Assembly (NCBI GenBank): GCA_965287045.1
Contig: OZ336892.1
Span: forward strand, 6,696,001 to 6,760,000
DNA: 64,000 bases
DNA from: Carcharhinus amblyrhynchos
Lineage: Eukaryota
Direction of reading: 5' to 3'
In this document: positions 62,211 through 64,000 of the stretch, one piece after another
How positions within the stretch are numbered: position 1 is the first letter of the stretch
How the letters are laid out: every line of letters begins with the position of its first letter
Translations under genes and position numbers: made by a program
The notes under the pieces: model-generated
Database searches by the model: none
What the model saw: only the letters and a program-made list of their open reading frames with translations
What the model was told of the DNA's origin: nothing

Positions 62211-62533
62211 GACTCCATTCATTGAGAAGCTGGAGCTGTCTCTGCAATGTTAGAAGGTTGTGGTGTCCTCTCTCAGCAGGGGATCATATTATTCACTGTT
62301 TGATTATTTTTATTCCAGTATAGGTGTGTTGTGCAACTCAGTTGCAAATACATGAATTGGATTTATGAGTTTAGGCATTTGACTTCTAGCCTTCAGACCT
62401 CATAGCACTTTTCACAACTCTTACCGCCCCTCCCCCCCCCCCGGGACATTTCAAAAAGCAATTACCACCAATGAAATACTTTTAAAGTATGGTTACTGTC
62501 ATAAAGAAAGAAATGCAGCCTCATATCTGCATA

Positions 62534-62818
62534 TCATAGAATCCCTATAGTGCAGAAGACCATTTGGCCCATTGAGCCTGCACCGATAACAATCCCACCA
62601 GACCCTATCCCCATAACCCTGCTATTGATACTCTGGGGAAATTTAGCATAGCCAACCAACCGAACCTGCACATCTTTGGACTGTGGGAGGAAACTGGAGC
62701 ACCCAGAGAAAACCCACGCAGACATGTCCAAACTCCTCGTAGATAGTCGCCCAAGGCCGAAATCAAACCTGGATCCCTGACACTGTGAAGCAGCAATGCT
62801 AACTGCTGTGCTGCCCTA
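62534..62818 (-). mobile_element. Near-intact V-type SINE
   Basis: catagaatccctatagtgcagaag...catctttggactgtgggaggaaactggagcacc...cagcaatgctaactgctgtg. Confidence 0.85.
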
Positions 62819-62841
62819 TAGCATGTCCTGTAAACAATGAT

Positions 62842-63690
62842 TTGATTTATTATTGTCACTTGTATTGGGATGCAGTGAAAGAATTGTTTTCTGTGCATTA
62901 CATGACAAAGCATACTATTTATTAGAGTACATTGGGGAGAAGGAAAGGAGAGGGTGCAGGATATAGTGTTGCAGTTACAGGTAGGGAGAAGAGAAAGATC
63001 AGCTTAATATTTGATAGGACCATTCAAAACTCTGATGAGTCTTGAGTCGGTTGGATGTGTTTTCAGATTCTTGTAATTTTTCCTTGACAGAAGAAGGTGA
63101 AAGGTATGTCTGAGATGCATGGGGTTTTTGAGTATGCTTGCTGCTTCCCCAAGGCAGTGGGATTGTCGACATGTGTCGACGTACTACCAGGCATGTTGGG
63201 TTTACAGGCTGATAATCAACGTATTTGCGTCAACGGATGGGAGGCTGGTTTGCATGAAAGACTGAGCTACATTCACAACCCTTTGTAGTTTTCTTGCAGT
63301 CTTGGTTAAAGCAGGAGCCATACCAAGTTGTTATATATCTGGAAAGGCTACTTCCTATGGTGCATCTGTAAAAATTGGTGAGAGTTGTAGCAGACATGCT
63401 GAATTTCCATAGTCTTCTGAGAAAGTTGGGGCATTGATGGACTTTCTTAACTATAGCTTCAGCATGGAGGGACCAGGATGGGTGGTTGGTGATCTGAACA
63501 TGGAGAAACGTGACACTCCCAACTATCTCCGCTTCATCACTGTTGATGTAGACAGGGTCATGTCCTCCAGTACGCTTCCTGAAGTTGATGACTATCTCCT
63601 TCATTTTACTGACATTGAGGGGGAGATTATTGTCATTGTACCATTTCACTATGTGCTCTTATCTCTTTCCTGTACGCCATGTCCAATCGC
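62842..63690 (-). mobile_element. Rex1/Babar-type LINE 3' end
   Basis: ORF 63230-63649 reads WYNDNNLPLNVSKMKEIVINFRK...LTNFYRCTI...TWYG; tail gtgacaataataaatcaaatca. Confidence 0.85.
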
Positions 63691-64000
63691 CAGTGAGATT
63701 TCTTATTGGATAATCCTTTTTGATGATGCTGCTAAAGTGATAAAAGTTAGACACTGGGGGGAACTTCCAGCTCTTCAAATAAATTTAGATTCACCTGATT
63801 GTGCAGACAAGGCTTCAATGTAACATTTCATCTGAAAGCTTAGACCTGCAACAGTGCAACATGCCTTTCAATACTTAACAATACACCCTACTATTTCCTA
63901 AATAATCCCTTATTTTTTCTCTCTAATGTACTCCATTTCATGTGCTGTGTATCTGTGTGGAAAATAGCTCTGATTGACTGTTGTGGGAGCACATTCCAAC

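Larger units (their letters stand above)
62443..63875 (-). mobile_element. Deu-domain-type SINE split into three pieces (62443-62533, 62821-62841, ~63690-63875)
   Basis: ccaatgaaatacttttaaagt..ggttactgt; gacactgggggaacttcc.gctcttc; aacatttcatctgaaag..acctgcaacagtgca. Confidence 0.6.

Overview
Vertebrate nuclear DNA. The repeat complement (V-type and Deu-type SINEs, CR1, L2, Rex1/Babar, RTE, Penelope-like tails) points to a cartilaginous fish such as a shark. The window holds almost all of a clathrin heavy chain gene (CLTC/CHC17-like) on the minus strand. It comprises a CpG-island promoter at about 61.5-62.2 kb, coding exon 1 (ATG at 61491), a 20 kb first intron, and exons 2-30, all GT-AG and joining in frame to 4827 nt / 1609 codons. 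A 21-nt microexon (VDEIKKK, 4985-5005), absent from the ORF track, matches the muscle/neuronal alternative exon 31. The last constitutive exons lie left of position 1. Introns are strongly CpG-depleted and filled with decayed, deletion-riddled retroelements. No prokaryotic systems, CRISPR arrays, rRNA or intact tRNA genes were seen, and nothing here looks like a wholly new biological system. The best leads concern splicing regulation and mutational processes. Repeat family names and comparisons to human sequences are from recall and need database confirmation; repeat boundaries are approximate.
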